Both the position numbers and the translations under genes were made by a program. A DNA stretch of 64,000 nt from Cetorhinus maximus (taxonomy: Eukaryota): contig NC_135879.1 in the NCBI RefSeq assembly GCF_964194155.1, forward strand, positions 31,124,001-31,188,000. Reading direction: 5' to 3'. The first letter of the stretch is position 1. Each line of letters opens with the position of its first letter. The notes under the pieces were generated by a model, which worked only from the letters and a program-made list of their open reading frames with translations, ran no database searches and was not told the origin of the DNA. Below are positions 12,405 to 25,164 of this stretch, piece after piece.

Positions 12405-14690
12405 CCGTTTGGTGGTGGAGGGTGAATATTTGTGGAAAGGGTGCCATTCAAGCGGGTTTTGTCCTGGATGGTGTTGCACTTCTTGAGTGTTGTTGCAGCT
12501 GCACCCATCCAGGCAAGTGGAGTATTTCATCACACTCCTGACTTGTGCCTTGTAAATGGGGAAAGGTTTTGGGGAGTTAGGTGGTGCATTACTCTCTGCA
12601 GAATTCCTAGTCTCTGACCTGCTCTTGTAGTCACAGTGTTTATATGGTTAGCTCAGTTCAATTTCTGGTCAATGGTAACCCCCACGATGTTAATATTGGG
12701 GCAGTGATGGTAATGCCATTGAACATCAAGGAGCGATGGTTGGATTCTCTCTTATTGGAGATGGTCATTGCCTGACACTTGTGGTGCGAATGTTACTTGG
12801 CAGCCCATGCCTGGATATTGTCCAGTTCTTGCTGCATTTGGGCATGGACTGCTTCGGTATCTGAGGAGTCACGAATGGTGCTCAACATTGCACAAATGGT
12901 GCTCAACATTGCACAATCAGCAGCAAACACCCCACTTCTGACCTTATGATGGAAGGTCGGTCATTGATGATGCAGCTGAAAATGGTTGGGCCGGCCTGGG
13001 ACACTACCCTGAGGAACTCCTGCAGTGATGTCCTGGGACTGAGATGACTGACCTCCAACAACCACAACCATCTTCCTTTGGTTGGAGTCATACCTAGCAC
13101 AGTGGAGATTTTTCCACGATTCCCATTGACTCCAGTTTTGCTAGGGCTCCTTGATTCCACACTCAGTCAAGTGCGGCCTTGATGTCAAGGACAGTCATTC
13201 TCATCTCACCTCGGGAGTTCAGCTCTTTTGTCCATGTTTGAGCCAAGGCTGCAATGAGGTCAGGAGCTGAGTGGCCCTGGCAGAACCCAAACTGGGCATC
13301 AGTGAGCAGGTGATTACTAAGCAAGTGCTGCTTGATAGCACTGTTGATGACCCCTTCCATTGCTTTACTGATGATCAAGAGTAGACTGATGGGGCGGTAA
13401 TTGGCCAGGTTGGATTTGTCCTTTGTGTGTAGAGGACATGCCTGGGCAATTTTCCACATAGCCGGGTAGATGCCCGTGATGTAGCTGTACTGGAACAGAT
13501 TGGCTAGGGGGCACAGCAAGTTCTGGACTAGTACTATTGTCAGGGTCCATAGCCTTTGCAGTGTCCAGTGCCTTCAGCCATTTCTTGACATCACGTGGAG
13601 TGAATTGAATTGGCTGAAGACTGGCATCTGTGATGCTGGGGACCTCCGGAGGAGGAGGTAGAGATGGATCATCCACTTGGCACTTCTGGCTGAAAATTGT
13701 AGCAAATGCTTCAGCCTCATCTTTTGCACTGATGTGCTGAGATCCTCCTTCATTGAGGATGGGGATATTTGTGGAGCCTCCTCCAGTGAGTTGTTTAATT
13801 GTCCACCAACATTCACGACTGGATGTGCTTCACAGCTAAATTTGATCCGTTGATTGTGGGATGGCTTAGCTCTGTCTATCACTTGCTGCTTATGCCGTTT
13901 GGCACACAAGTAGGCCTGTGTTATAGCTTCACCAGGTTGATGCCTCATTTTTAGGTATTCCTGATGCTGCTCCTGGCATACCTTCCTACACTCTTCATTG
14001 AACTAGGGCTGATCCCCTGGCTTGATAGCAATGGTAGAGTGGGGGATATGCTGGGCCATGAGGTTACAGTTTGTGCTCAAGTACAATTCTCCTGCTGCTG
14101 ATGGCCCACAGCACCTCATGGATGCCCAGTCTCAAATGGCTAAATCTGTTCGAAATCTATCCCATTTAGCACAATGGTAATGGCACACAACACAATGGAG
14201 GTCATCCTCAATGTGAAGGCAAGACTTTGTCTCCACAGCAACTGTGCAGTGGTCATTTCTACCGATACTGTTATGGACAGATGCATCTGCAGCAGGCAGA
14301 GTGGTGAGGATGAGGTCAAGTATGTTTTCCCCTCTTGTTGGTTCCCTCACCAACTGCCACAGACCTTGTCTAGCAGCTGTGTCATTTAGGACTCGGCCAG
14401 CTCAGTCAGTAGTGTTGCTACTGAGCCACCTCTTGGTGATGGACATTGAAACCCCCACCCAGAGCACATTCTGTGCCCTTGCCACCCTCAGTGCTTCCTC
14501 CAAATGGTTTTCAACATGGAGGAGCATGGAATCATCAGCTGGAGGAGGTTGGTACAAGGTAATCAGCAGCAGGTTTCCTTGCTCATGTTTCACCTGATGC
14601 CATGATACTTCATGGGGCCTGCAGTCGATGTTAAGGAGTCCCAGGGCAACTCTCTCCTGACTGTATATCACTGTGCCATCACTTCTGGAT
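12405..14690 (-). mobile_element. CR1/Jockey-group LINE ('family B') ORF2 remnant: APE endonuclease + RT
   Basis: VREPTRGENILDLILT..GRNDH (EN), NYRPISLL..SKAME, QFGF..GHS, LDIKAA; frameshifted; 21-bp tandem duplication at 12874-12915. Confidence 0.9.
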
Positions 14691-15024
14691 TACCAGCGAC
14701 AATACCATTCCGCCATCGCCTCCCCTTATGGGAGAAACATGGAACTTTCTTGGTCTGTCTAGATGGACTACTTTACTTTTGCTTCTTTGGTCATTGTTAC
14801 TTTCAGAGTAATTTAACGATCATTAATGTGGGCATCAAGCTCACAACCTGCTCAGCAACAATCAATGCCAAACACAGTGCTATGTTTATTTCACATAATA
14901 CTTAGGCAGTAACTTGTTTAATCTTTTTTGAACTGATGTTCTTGTAGAAGATTCAAATGGAAAGGCTGCAGCAGCAAAATCAGTAGAGTTAATAAATCTG
15001 GGCTCTGCCTCTTGCAGTATGAAT

Positions 15025-17193
15025 CTTAATAAAGGAAACTACGATAGTATGAGGCGCGAGTTGCTATGAAGGATTGGGAAACGTTACTTGAAGGGATGAT
15101 GGTGGATAGGCAATGGCAAACATTCAAAGAGCACATGGGTGAACTGCAACAATTGTTTATTCCTGTCTGGTGCAAAAGTAAAACAGGAAAGGTGGCCAAA
15201 CCATGGCTTACGAGGGAAATTAGAGATAGTATTAGGTCCAAGGAAGAGGCATACAAATTGGCTAAAAAGAAACAAACCTGGGGATTGGGAGTTTAGAATT
15301 CAGCAAAGGAGGACCGAGGGATTGATTAAGAAGGGGAAAATAGAGTACCAGAGTAAGCTTGCAAGGAACAAAAAAGCTGACTGTAAAAGTTTCTATAGGT
15401 ATGTAAAGACAAATGTAGGTCCCTTACAGTCAGAAACAGGGGAATTTATAATGGGGAACAAAGAAATGGCTGACCAATAAATACATACTTTGGTTCTGTC
15501 TTCACAAAGGAGGACACAAATAACATACCAGAAATGTTGGGGAACACAGGGTTTAGTAAGAGGGAGGAACTGAAAGAAATCAGTATTAGTAAGGAAATGG
15601 TGTTGGGGAAATTGGTGGGATTGCAGGCAGATAAATCCCCAGAGCCTGATAATCTACATCCCAGAGTACTTAAAAGAAGTGGCCCTAGAAATAGTGGATG
15701 CATTGGTGGTCATCTTCTGAGATTCTATAGACTCTGGAACAGTTCCTACAGATTGGAGGGTAGCCAATGTAACCCCACTATTTAAAAAGGGAAGTAGAGA
15801 TAAAACAGGGAATTACAGACCAGTCAGCCTGACATTGGTAGTGGGAAAAATTCTAGAGTCTATTATAAAAGATGTAATAGCTGAGCACTTGGAAAACAGT
15901 GGAAGAATTGGACAGAGTCAGCATGGATTTAGGAAAGGGAAATTATGCTTGACAAATCTACTGGAATTTTTTGAGGATGTAACTAGTAGAGTTGATGAGG
16001 GGGAGCCAGTAGATGTGGTTGATTTGGACTTTCAGAAGGCTTTCGACAAAGTCCCACATAAGAGATTAGCGTGTAAAATTAAAGTGCATGGGATTGGGGG
16101 TAGTGTATTGGGATGGATAGAAAACTGATTGGCAGGCAGGAAACCAAAAGTAGGAATAAACAGGTCTTTTTCCGAATGGCAGGCCTTGACTAGTGGGGTA
16201 CCGCAGGGATCGGTGCTGGGACCCCAGCTATTCTTAATATATATTAATGATTTAGATGAGGGAACTAAATATATCTTCAAATTTGCAGATGACACAAAGC
16301 TGGGTGGGAGGGGAAGTTGTGAGGAGGGTGCAGAGATGCTTCAGTGTGATTTGGACAAGCTGAGTGGGCAAATGCATGGCAGATGCAGTATAATGTGTAT
16401 AAATGTGAGTTATCCACTTTGGTAGCAAAAAACAGGAAGGCAGGTTATTATCTGAATGGCTATAAATTGAGAGAGGGGAATGTGCAACAAGACCTGGGTG
16501 TCCTCGTACACCAGTCGCTGAAGGTAAGCATGCAGGTGCAGCAGGCGGTAAAGGCGGCAAATAGTATGTTGGCCTTCATAGCAAGAGGATTCGAGTACAT
16601 GAGCAGGGATGTCTTTCTGCAATTATACAGGGCCTTGGTGAGACCACACATGGAATATTGTGTGCAGTTTTGGTCTCCTTATCTGAGGAAGGATGTTCTT
16701 GCTATAGAGGGAGTGCAACGAAGGTTTACCAGGCCGATTCCTGGGATAGCGGGACTGACATATGGGGAGAGATTGAGTCGGTTAGGATTATATTCACTGG
16801 AGTTCAGAAGAATGAGGGGGGAAATCTCATAGAAACCGATAAAAATCTAACAGAATTAGACAGGGCAGATACAGGATGGATGTTCCCGATGGTGGGGGAG
16901 TCCAGAACCAGGAGTCACAGTCTGAGGATAACGGATAGACCATTTAGGACTGAGATGAGGAGAAATTTCTCCAACCAGAGAGTGGTGAACCTGTGGAATT
17001 CACTACCACGGAAAGTGAGGCCAAAACATTGTATGTTTTCAAGGAGGAGTTAGCTCTTGGGGCAAAAGGGATCAAAGGATATGGGGAGAAAGCGGGAGCA
17101 GGCTATTGAGTTGGGTGATCAACCATGATCATGGTGAATGGCAGAGCAGGCTCAAAGGTCCGAATGGCCTACTCCTGCTCCTATTTTCTACGT
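15025..17193 (+). mobile_element. CR1 LINE, 5'-truncated, comparatively well-preserved copy
   Basis: QHGFRKGKLCLTNLLEFFE, LDFQKAFDKVPH, GVPQGSVLGP, KFADDTK, LYRALVRPHMEYCVQFWSP; tail ctcctgctcctattttct. Confidence 0.95.
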
Positions 17194-17789
17194 TTCCCCA
17201 CCACCCCACCCCACCTTCTGACAATGGTAAATCTTGCTGGCATATAACTTGATAGGTGCTGCAAGTGGTCCATGGTAGAGGTACCATGGTTGAGTGTTCA
17301 TTCTTCGCAGGCAAATGAGGTTGTGGAAGTTACCAAAAAAGATGTACACTTTCTATCAGGTATCACTATGGTCAGAAGCAGAAACTCTGGCTTATTTTGT
17401 TCCCTCCTAAGGTAACAAAGTAACTCAACAAAAAAAAAACTAATTTTCAACCTTTTGTAATGCTTGTATTTGCAGGATTCAGGTTAACCAACTCTATTGA
17501 CTTGCCGATGCTTCCTGACCATTTGAATCTGCTACAAGTAAACAATGCAAGAAACAACCAAAAAAAATTCACTGACCCAAATGCTGCTGTGAAGAAAATG
17601 TCATTGTATTTAGCACTGATTCACACACACAAGATCCTGCATGACAGTTTAAAAAAAAGCAGGACAGTAGGTGGAAAAGGGTCAGTTGAGAGGTAAAGAA
17701 AAATGTGACAGAGGAACTGAAGTGTGGATGAAGTGCAAGAAAAACCCAGCAAACTAGCAGGAGCTGGTGAGGCAATAAAATCAGGGGAC

Positions 17790-17945
17790 AAATATTGCAA
17801 ACAAGCAGTTAGAAATCATATGGAAAAAATGAGTCAGATTCACATTTCGGGTTTTGCCTTTGTCAGAACTGGTGAAGGATCCATACTCAAAACGTTAACC
17901 TGTTCCTTGTAACTCTTTCCAGATAGAGTAACCTGAACAAGAATA
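17790..17945. mobile_element. Penelope-like inverted-repeat remnant with back-to-back hammerhead-like cores
   Basis: cacatttcgggttttgcctttgtcagaa (minus core) abuts ctggtgaaggatccatactcaaaacgttaac (plus core). Confidence 0.5.
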
Positions 17946-17959
17946 CCTAAAAAAAGCAT

Positions 17960-18670
17960 ACAACTATTTATATTTACAGCACATCTCTAACATAATTAAA
18001 CATTCCAATGCTCTCCTCAGAGCATTATAAAACAAAGTATGGCAGCTGAGCTACATAAGGACATATTAGGTCAGATGACCAAAAGCTTGGTCAAAGAACT
18101 AGTTTTTAAGAAGTGACTTAAAAAGAAGCAAGTGTGGTAGAGAGGTGTAGGGAGGGAATTCCAAAGCTTGAGGTCTAGGCAACTGAAGGCGCAGCTAAAG
18201 GTGGAGCAATTAAAACAAGGGGTGTTCAAGTGGCCAGAATTAGAGGACAGCAGATGACATGGAGGTTTGTGGGGCTGGAGGAGATTAGAGGATAAGGAAG
18301 GCTGAGGTGAAAGGGATGTGAAAGCATGAAAATTTTAAAATCAAGACATTTATTGATCGGGAGTGAATACTAGTGGCTGAGCACAGGAATGACGTGAATG
18401 GGTGCAAGTTAGGCATGGGCAGTGGGGTTTTGGTAGCCTCAAGTTGTTTACGGACAGTAGAATGTGAAGGCACCAGCAGGAGTCAAAGTCATGAATGTAG
18501 ATCAGCCTAAGACAGAGGTAAAGTCGGGTGATGTTACGAGTGGAAATAGGCAGTCTTAAGTTATGGCACAAATGAGGTCAGAGCTCATCTCAGAGCCAAA
18601 TATGACACCAAGGTTGCAAACAGGTTGGCTTATCTCAGACTGTTGCCAGAGAGGGGGATAGGGTCAATAT
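17960..18670 (-). mobile_element. L2 LINE 3' fragment
   Basis: Reverse L2 tail and ORF2 C-terminal sequence (cagatgaccaaaagcttggtcaaag; gatgttacgagtggaaataggcagtctt). Confidence 0.8.
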
Positions 18671-19177
18671 CTAGGAAATAGAGAATGGTGTAATACCCTT
18701 CAGAAATAAAGAAAATTAGAAAAGTAGAAAGAAATTGGAATTTGGAAAAATAAGTCAAGGCGGAATATACAATTTGACACAAAATTTACATTTCCAGTGT
18801 GCATTACCAGTACAAATTTGATTTATCATTTTATCAACTCTGAAATGCATGGTGTCAAAACATTTTCCGGGTGGTGTTGGGAGTGCAGGAGGAAGAAGAA
18901 CAGAGAGAAAAAGGTAAAGGAGAAAACGTTATTTCAAGGGTGGCAGGGGGGGGGGGGGTTTGGCCTATACAACTAAAAGTACAGCAGATTACACAACTAT
19001 TTTTTGGCCACACCCAAAGTTTAAGAAACACTTTGCTGGGCAATTCATCAACAAAACTTTCTAATATAACCATCTAGTTTATTGGTTTCTATGTATGGTA
19101 TAGCTTCATTATATAGCCTCACTAATACCAAACAAGGACAATCCTTTAAAAAGGATATGATGGATTATTTTACATAC

Positions 19178-19239
19178 CTTTCCAGTTTTCTTTGTTTTGG
19201 GCTTGCCTGCCTTGATTACTTTGGTTGAACTTTGTTGCT
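19178..19239 (-). CDS. LARP1B: La-related protein 1B, coding exon 2 ((E)QQSSTKVIKAGKPKTKKTGK)
   Basis: ttttcag acceptor (19240-19241), AAG|gtatgt donor; 62 nt, phase 1 to 0, fits both neighbours; resembles LARP1 EHSAPAKVVRAAVPKQRKGSK. Confidence 0.88.
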
Positions 19240-19789
19240 CTGAAAATTAAAGTGCTCAGTTAAGTCTTTTGTACACAACTGAAAATTCAAGAATTCAATC
19301 AAAATAAAATACATTACAGCAAGGATGAGATACTGCATGTGGATTTAGCCAACAACAGAAAGCCCACAAAATGCACTCCTTTTAAAGGTGAGACTCCTAT
19401 AAAGGAAAATGTTTCCTTCTTTGTGCCTTGTAATGATTTCTCTGTACTCTATACACAAAATCAAGTGAGCTGTTGGTTTTCACCCCATCACTCTGAAGCC
19501 TGCACAAGAGTAGCCAGGGAACACACTCCCACTGATACTTCCCCTTGATTTCCTAGTCCTGGGAAACAAAAAGATTTGGCATGTCAATGGAGCAAATCCA
19601 TACCTCGTTAGTTCATGATGCAAGATATTAAGGTTCCATTGAATAAGACATTAACCTTCCATTGAAATTCACCTCATATTTCCATCATAAGGTTCTAAAT
19701 TCACTTACCCTTGTACAAGAGCATTTTCAAAAATTAGAGAATCAGACATTTCTGTCTTCATGGTTGACAACACAAAAAATTCTGGAAAT

Positions 19790-21285
19790 TATGGGAAACA
19801 AAAGGTACAGTGGAAGTGAGGAACTTAAAGTTAATTAGTGGGACAAAGTGTTGACAAATCTCCAGGGATATTGGCCTGCATCTGTTGGTTTTAAAAGAGG
19901 TAGCTACAGAGACAGTTAATGCATTGGCTTTGATCTTCCAGAATTCCCTGGTTACTAGAACTGTTTACATGGATTAGATAGTAGCTAATGTAACCCCACT
20001 ACTCAAGAAAGGAGGGAGATAACGTGGAACTATAGGCCAGTTAGCCTGGCATCAATAGCAGAAAAAATGTGAAAATCTATTATTTAGGGGCATGAAAACT
20101 GAACACTTCAAGAATCATAACATGATTTAGGCAGTCAATTATGAATTATGAAAAAGAAATAGTGTTGAAAAATCTGTTAAGAGTTGTTTGAGGTTATAGA
20201 TAGCAAGGTGGGTATGATCAGGGGAAAAACCAGTGGACATGACTTATTTGGATTTTCAAAAAGCATGAGATAAAAGTACCGCACAACCGCACTAAGTTAC
20301 GGCTTGTGGGATTGGGGGCGATACATTAACATGAATTGAAGATTGCCAATGGATAGAAAAGAGGGGGAAAACTGGTCATTTTCAGGTTAGCAAGCTGTAA
20401 CTATTGGGGTACCGTAAAGATCAGTGCTTGGTGCTCAGCTACTTAAAATCTATATCAATGACTTAGAAGAGAAGAGGAGACCAATTGTAATGTGTCCAAG
20501 TTTGCTGATGTTACAGTTAGGTGGGAAAGTAAGTTGTGAGGACAATACAATAGCAGATGGAATGTCATGTGGATAAGTGTGAAGTTATCAACTTTGGAAG
20601 GAGATAGAGAAACAGCAAATTTTTTTTTTATAAATAGTGAGACTGGAAAATGTTGGTGTGCAAAGGGGCACGTGTGTCCTTATACATGAATCATAAAGGT
20701 TAACATGCAGGTACAGCAAGCAATTCAAAAAGCAAAGAGTAAGCTAGCCTTTATTACAAAAGGGTTATAGAGTATCAGTGTGAAGAAATCTCACTGGAAT
20801 TGTATATAGCCTTGGTGAGAACACACTTGGAATATTGTGTGCAGTTTTGTTTTTTTTTAACTTAAGTATGATATACTAGCTTTGGAGGTAGTGCCATAAA
20901 AAAATTCACTAGGCTGATCCCTGGGATAAGAGGACTATTCTATGAGCAGAGATCATTTGGTCCAGGAATATATTTCCTAGAATTTAGAGGAGAGGTGATC
21001 TCATTGAAAGATATATATTTTTTTAAAAAGGCATTATAGGGTCGACGCTAGAAGGATGTTTCCCCTCGCTAGGGAATCTGGAACTTGGGATTGCAGTCCC
21101 AGAGTAAGGGTCATTGAACATATTCAAGTCCGATTATCAATAGATCGTTGGATATTAAACGGGTTGGAACATAGGGATAGTGCAAGAAGGTGGAATTGAG
21201 GTAGAAGATCAGCTGTAATCACATTGAATGGTAGAGCAGGCGCATAAGGGATGAATGGTCAACTCCTGTTCCTATTTCTTTAGGC
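19790..21285 (+). mobile_element. Degenerate CR1 LINE
   Basis: Decayed RT motifs (ttggattttcaaaaagca, ggggtaccgtaaagatcagtgcttgg, aagtttgctgatg) and tail ctcctgttcctatttctt. Confidence 0.8.
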
Positions 21286-21429
21286 TATTTTCTTACAATT
21301 CTCTAACGATTGAAATGTAACTATTAATACATTCAGACATGCAGAACAAGTCATTGGTCTAGAGATATGACTGCATACCACAAAGCCATGAAGCAAAATA
21401 AGTGCAAAGAAATCATTTTCATTTTTAAT

Positions 21430-22275
21430 GAATTAAGCTATACACAAAGTGGTGTTCTACAAGGATTGGTGCCAGGACCACTGCTGCTCACCACTTATAT
21501 AAACAATTTGGACTTGGAAATTGAAGTATGTCAAAATTTGTGGATGACACCAACTTTGGTTAAGGACTTAGTTAAGTGTTGCGAACTGGCACAAAATACA
21601 GAAACAGATTAATAAACTTCCAGGATGGGTACGTAATTGCCAAATGAACTTAAATATAGGCAAGTGTGATATGGTACATTTTGGTAGGAAGGAAAAGGAG
21701 ACCACCTACTCCTTCGAAAATAAAAGTGTCTCAATGGGGCACAGGAGCAGAGCGATCGGGGGTACAAATGCATAAATCACAACATATCAATGCAGATTAA
21801 TCAGGCTACAAAACTTACGTGCAGAGGTTTATTTCTAGAGAATAGAATTGAAAAGGAGAGCATTTACATTAAACTTGTACAGTTACAGAGGCACTGGAGA
21901 AGGTGCAAAAATGATTTACTAGAACAATACCAGAACTCGGAGGCTATACCTATTAAGGAGGATTTTACTGGCAAAGATTCCATTCTCTGGAAAAAGACGG
22001 AGGTGTGACCTGGTAGATATTGAAGATTGGGTTTTTTAAAAAAAAAGGTTTCTCCTGACTTCCCCAGAGTGCAGAACTTGCTACCGCAATTAACAGTTGA
22101 GGTGACTAGCAAAGATGCAAGTAAGGGGACACTAGTTAAACACATGCAAAAGTGAATAGAAGGATATGTTCCTAGGGTTAGGTTAGAAAACTGGAAGGAG
22201 GCTCATGTGGAACACAACACCGGCATGGATCCAATAAGTAGAATGGCCTGTTTCTGTGCTGTAAATACTATGTAA
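21430..22275 (+). mobile_element. Degenerate CR1 LINE (different 3' tail)
   Basis: GVLQGLVPGPLLLTTYINNLD; tail gaatggcctgtttctgtgctgtaaatactatgtaa. Confidence 0.75.
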
Positions 22276-22369
22276 TACCAAGTGTACAATGCTCACAATG
22301 CTGGTCCTTCCCAATGTCCATAAAGAGAGATAACTTGATAACAAAACGTACAAACAATGCATTCTTTTA

Positions 22370-22620
22370 AAATACATTCACGGGATATGGGCATCAGTGG
22401 CAAAAACTGGCATTTGCTGCCCATCTCGAAGTGCCCTTGAGAGGTAATGATGAGCCTGCTTGAACCACCATGCCAGCATGTTGTGAAGGAAATGTTAGGG
22501 AGGGAGTTCCAGAAATTGACCCATCAACAATGAAGGAATGGCATTGTATTCCCAAGTCAGAATGGTATACCTGATTTGAAGGTGATGGTATTTCCATGCA
22601 CCTCTAAAGGAGCGGTAGAG
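22370..22620 (-). mobile_element. Family-B LINE 3' end
   Basis: Reverse of the tail seen at 31890-32402 (catttgctgcccatct..gcccttgag). Confidence 0.6.
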
Positions 22621-22804
22621 CAAGCGTGGGTGGGGATGGATGAAAAAGAGCCAGGGCAGAGACAGAGCACGTGGGATGGTCAGAAGAATAGTTACATCAC
22701 GAATCCCATTAAAATTAAAAAGATTGCACACACACTAGAGAATTTTCCCCAAAACATTAAAAACATTTAAGACAACTGCATAAGTATATTATCTTTCCCT
22801 CTCC

Positions 22805-23080
22805 TCAGGTACCATGCCCCAAGAGGGCATTAGCAACCATGGACTTCCATGTGTTGGTCCATGGTTATGCTTGGCAAGGTAGGGCAGTTTTCCATTCCTT
22901 CTGCAGGCTGTAGCTGATCAGGAGACTCTCACTCTTACCGCATGCCACAGGATCACTGGAAGGATTTGCGGGTTGATAATCTACCTGTTTGGCCACGTTG
23001 TGAATGCACCTTCTGTGGCCATCAAGTCCCAGAGTTGGGGACTCACACTCTGAGCTTCTGGCTCAGAGGTAAGGACGTAC
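22805..23080 (-). mobile_element. tRNA-derived SINE with RTE-like tail
   Basis: Minus head gtccttacctctgagccagaagctcagagtgtgagtcccca (tRNA-like); tail ggaagtccatgg..ggcatggtacctgaggagag. Confidence 0.45.
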
Positions 23081-24339
23081 AACTTTCAAAATAAGACTTA
23101 AAAACACAAAAAGATCCTTTACAGGAGGTCAAAGCCAGAACTATTCTTTTTAGTACTTCTACATAGCTTTCCAGATGCTCCAAAACTACAGTTTTAAAAC
23201 AGCAGCTGACTTGACATCATTGTACTTTAAGCAAGGGAAATGGTACACAAAATGTAAACTGTTTGAAAATGTGATTACATGCAATAACCAAGGTCCAGCA
23301 GTCAGGTCTTAAACATTTTTAAATTTCACTTTAACAACAACTGTTTCTGGGAAACCTCATCTGCTAAAGTAGAAGAAAAATTCACATGGACTGCAGTTCT
23401 CTGAAATTCTTTGAAGAATTTTACAACCTTCACGACTACTAATCTGGTCATTCAGAAATCTATATTACATCGTTTCAACCTTTTCAGTCTTGTTCAAAAA
23501 GAACTGTTGCCACAAAAGTAGCTTTCTATCACACCAACCTTCAAGCAAATGGAGCTGGGGCAGGGACAAGCCAGTTTTTAAAAAACAACAGTGTGTAACT
23601 GGTTGGCCAATGTTCCAAGAAACTCTCTAAACATTCTATGTTGATTATTTAGGTAATAAGCATTCTATCATTTATTTTAATAGAATGCACAATTATGGAT
23701 GATCGAAAGCAAACACACTTCCTTCATATAACGTGATATGCATCTTCAAGCTGCCTGGAACACAAAATATGGACAGCTATCATACAAGCTGAGATAAGTA
23801 AAAATGCTCTCTTCCACAAACTGACATTTATACACAGTCAAGACCAAACATGATCAAATGCATGTACATTATGGAGCCCTGCAATTTACCCAGGAATTAC
23901 ATCCCAAACCACTGCATTCAATACATGTAAATGCAATCCCTAACAAGCAAGTTACAACTTTTTTTAAAAAAAAGTACTTTGATTTAAATTAACACACTAA
24001 AACGCTTTGTTCCCAAAACTAAATTTGGATTGGCTACTTGGTTTCAGGAGAAATTGCAGGAGAGCGAATCACTAAAACTTTAGGCGAGCTAACCAGAACT
24101 ATTCTCAAAATTTACTTTCCTGCAGCTCTTTCAGCATGAAGGGCCTTTATTAATATGTAGTGCCTTTCCTCTTTTGAGCATTTGCACATTTTCCCACAGA
24201 TAGCATTCAGTGAAAATACTTGTGGTTTTGATTCCTTATTCCACAGCAGAGGCCAAAAATGTAGAATTTTACAATTTAAGTTGACAAGTCAATACTCATC
24301 TACAATGCATAGACCCATGGGGAAAAATAATTCCTAAGA

Positions 24340-25030
24340 CACTGAAGCAGTGTGTGCCCATATGCAGCGTGATCTGGATAACACATTCAAGCTTGGTCTG
24401 TTAAGTGGCAAGTATCATTCTTGCCACACAAGTTCCAGGCAATGCCCATCGCCAACACAGAGAATCTAATCATCGCCCCATGACATTCAATGGCACTACC
24501 ATCGCAAAGGGTCACCATCAACCAGAAATGGAACTGGATCAGCTATATAAATACTGTGATTACAAGAGCAGCTCAAGGACCTGGATCACTGGCCTATCAT
24601 CATCTACAAGACACAAGTCAGGAATATGATGGAATACTCTCCAATTGCCTGGATAAGTGCAGCTCCAACAACACTCAGGAAGCTCAACACCATCCAAAAC
24701 AAAGCAGTTCACTTGATCGGCACCCCACCCACAACCTGAAGTATCCCACCACCAAAGCACGGTGGCAGCAGTGTGTACCATATACAAGATGCACTGTAGC
24801 AACTCACCAAGGTTCCTTCGACAGCATCTTCCAAACCCGCGACTTCTGCCACCTAGAAGGAAAGGGGCAGCAGATACATGGGAACACAGCCGGCTACAAG
24901 TTCCTTTTTAAGCCACATATCATCCCTGACTTAGAAATATATCGATGTTTCTTCACTGTCGCTGGATCAAAATCCTGGAACTCCCTTCTTAACAGAACTG
25001 TGGGAGTACCAACATAAGATAAACTGCAGT
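24340..25030 (+). mobile_element. Family-B LINE 3' fragment
   Basis: Same sequence family as 31890-32402; FFTVAGSKSWNSL. Confidence 0.8.
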
Positions 25031-25164
25031 GCTGCAGCACTCTGATCTTGACTCATTCTTTCCCAGAACACCCAAGTGTGGAGCTTATCTTTTTCCCTTT
25101 GCAACTTTTAAGCATTTAAAACACAATTTTACTGATTTTTCATACCCTTCAATATTCAGGAAGA

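Noticed and set aside
12874-12915. 21-bp tandem duplication in a LINE (similar ones at 6448 and 9965)
   Set aside because: Ordinary slippage or repair duplications with no sign of function
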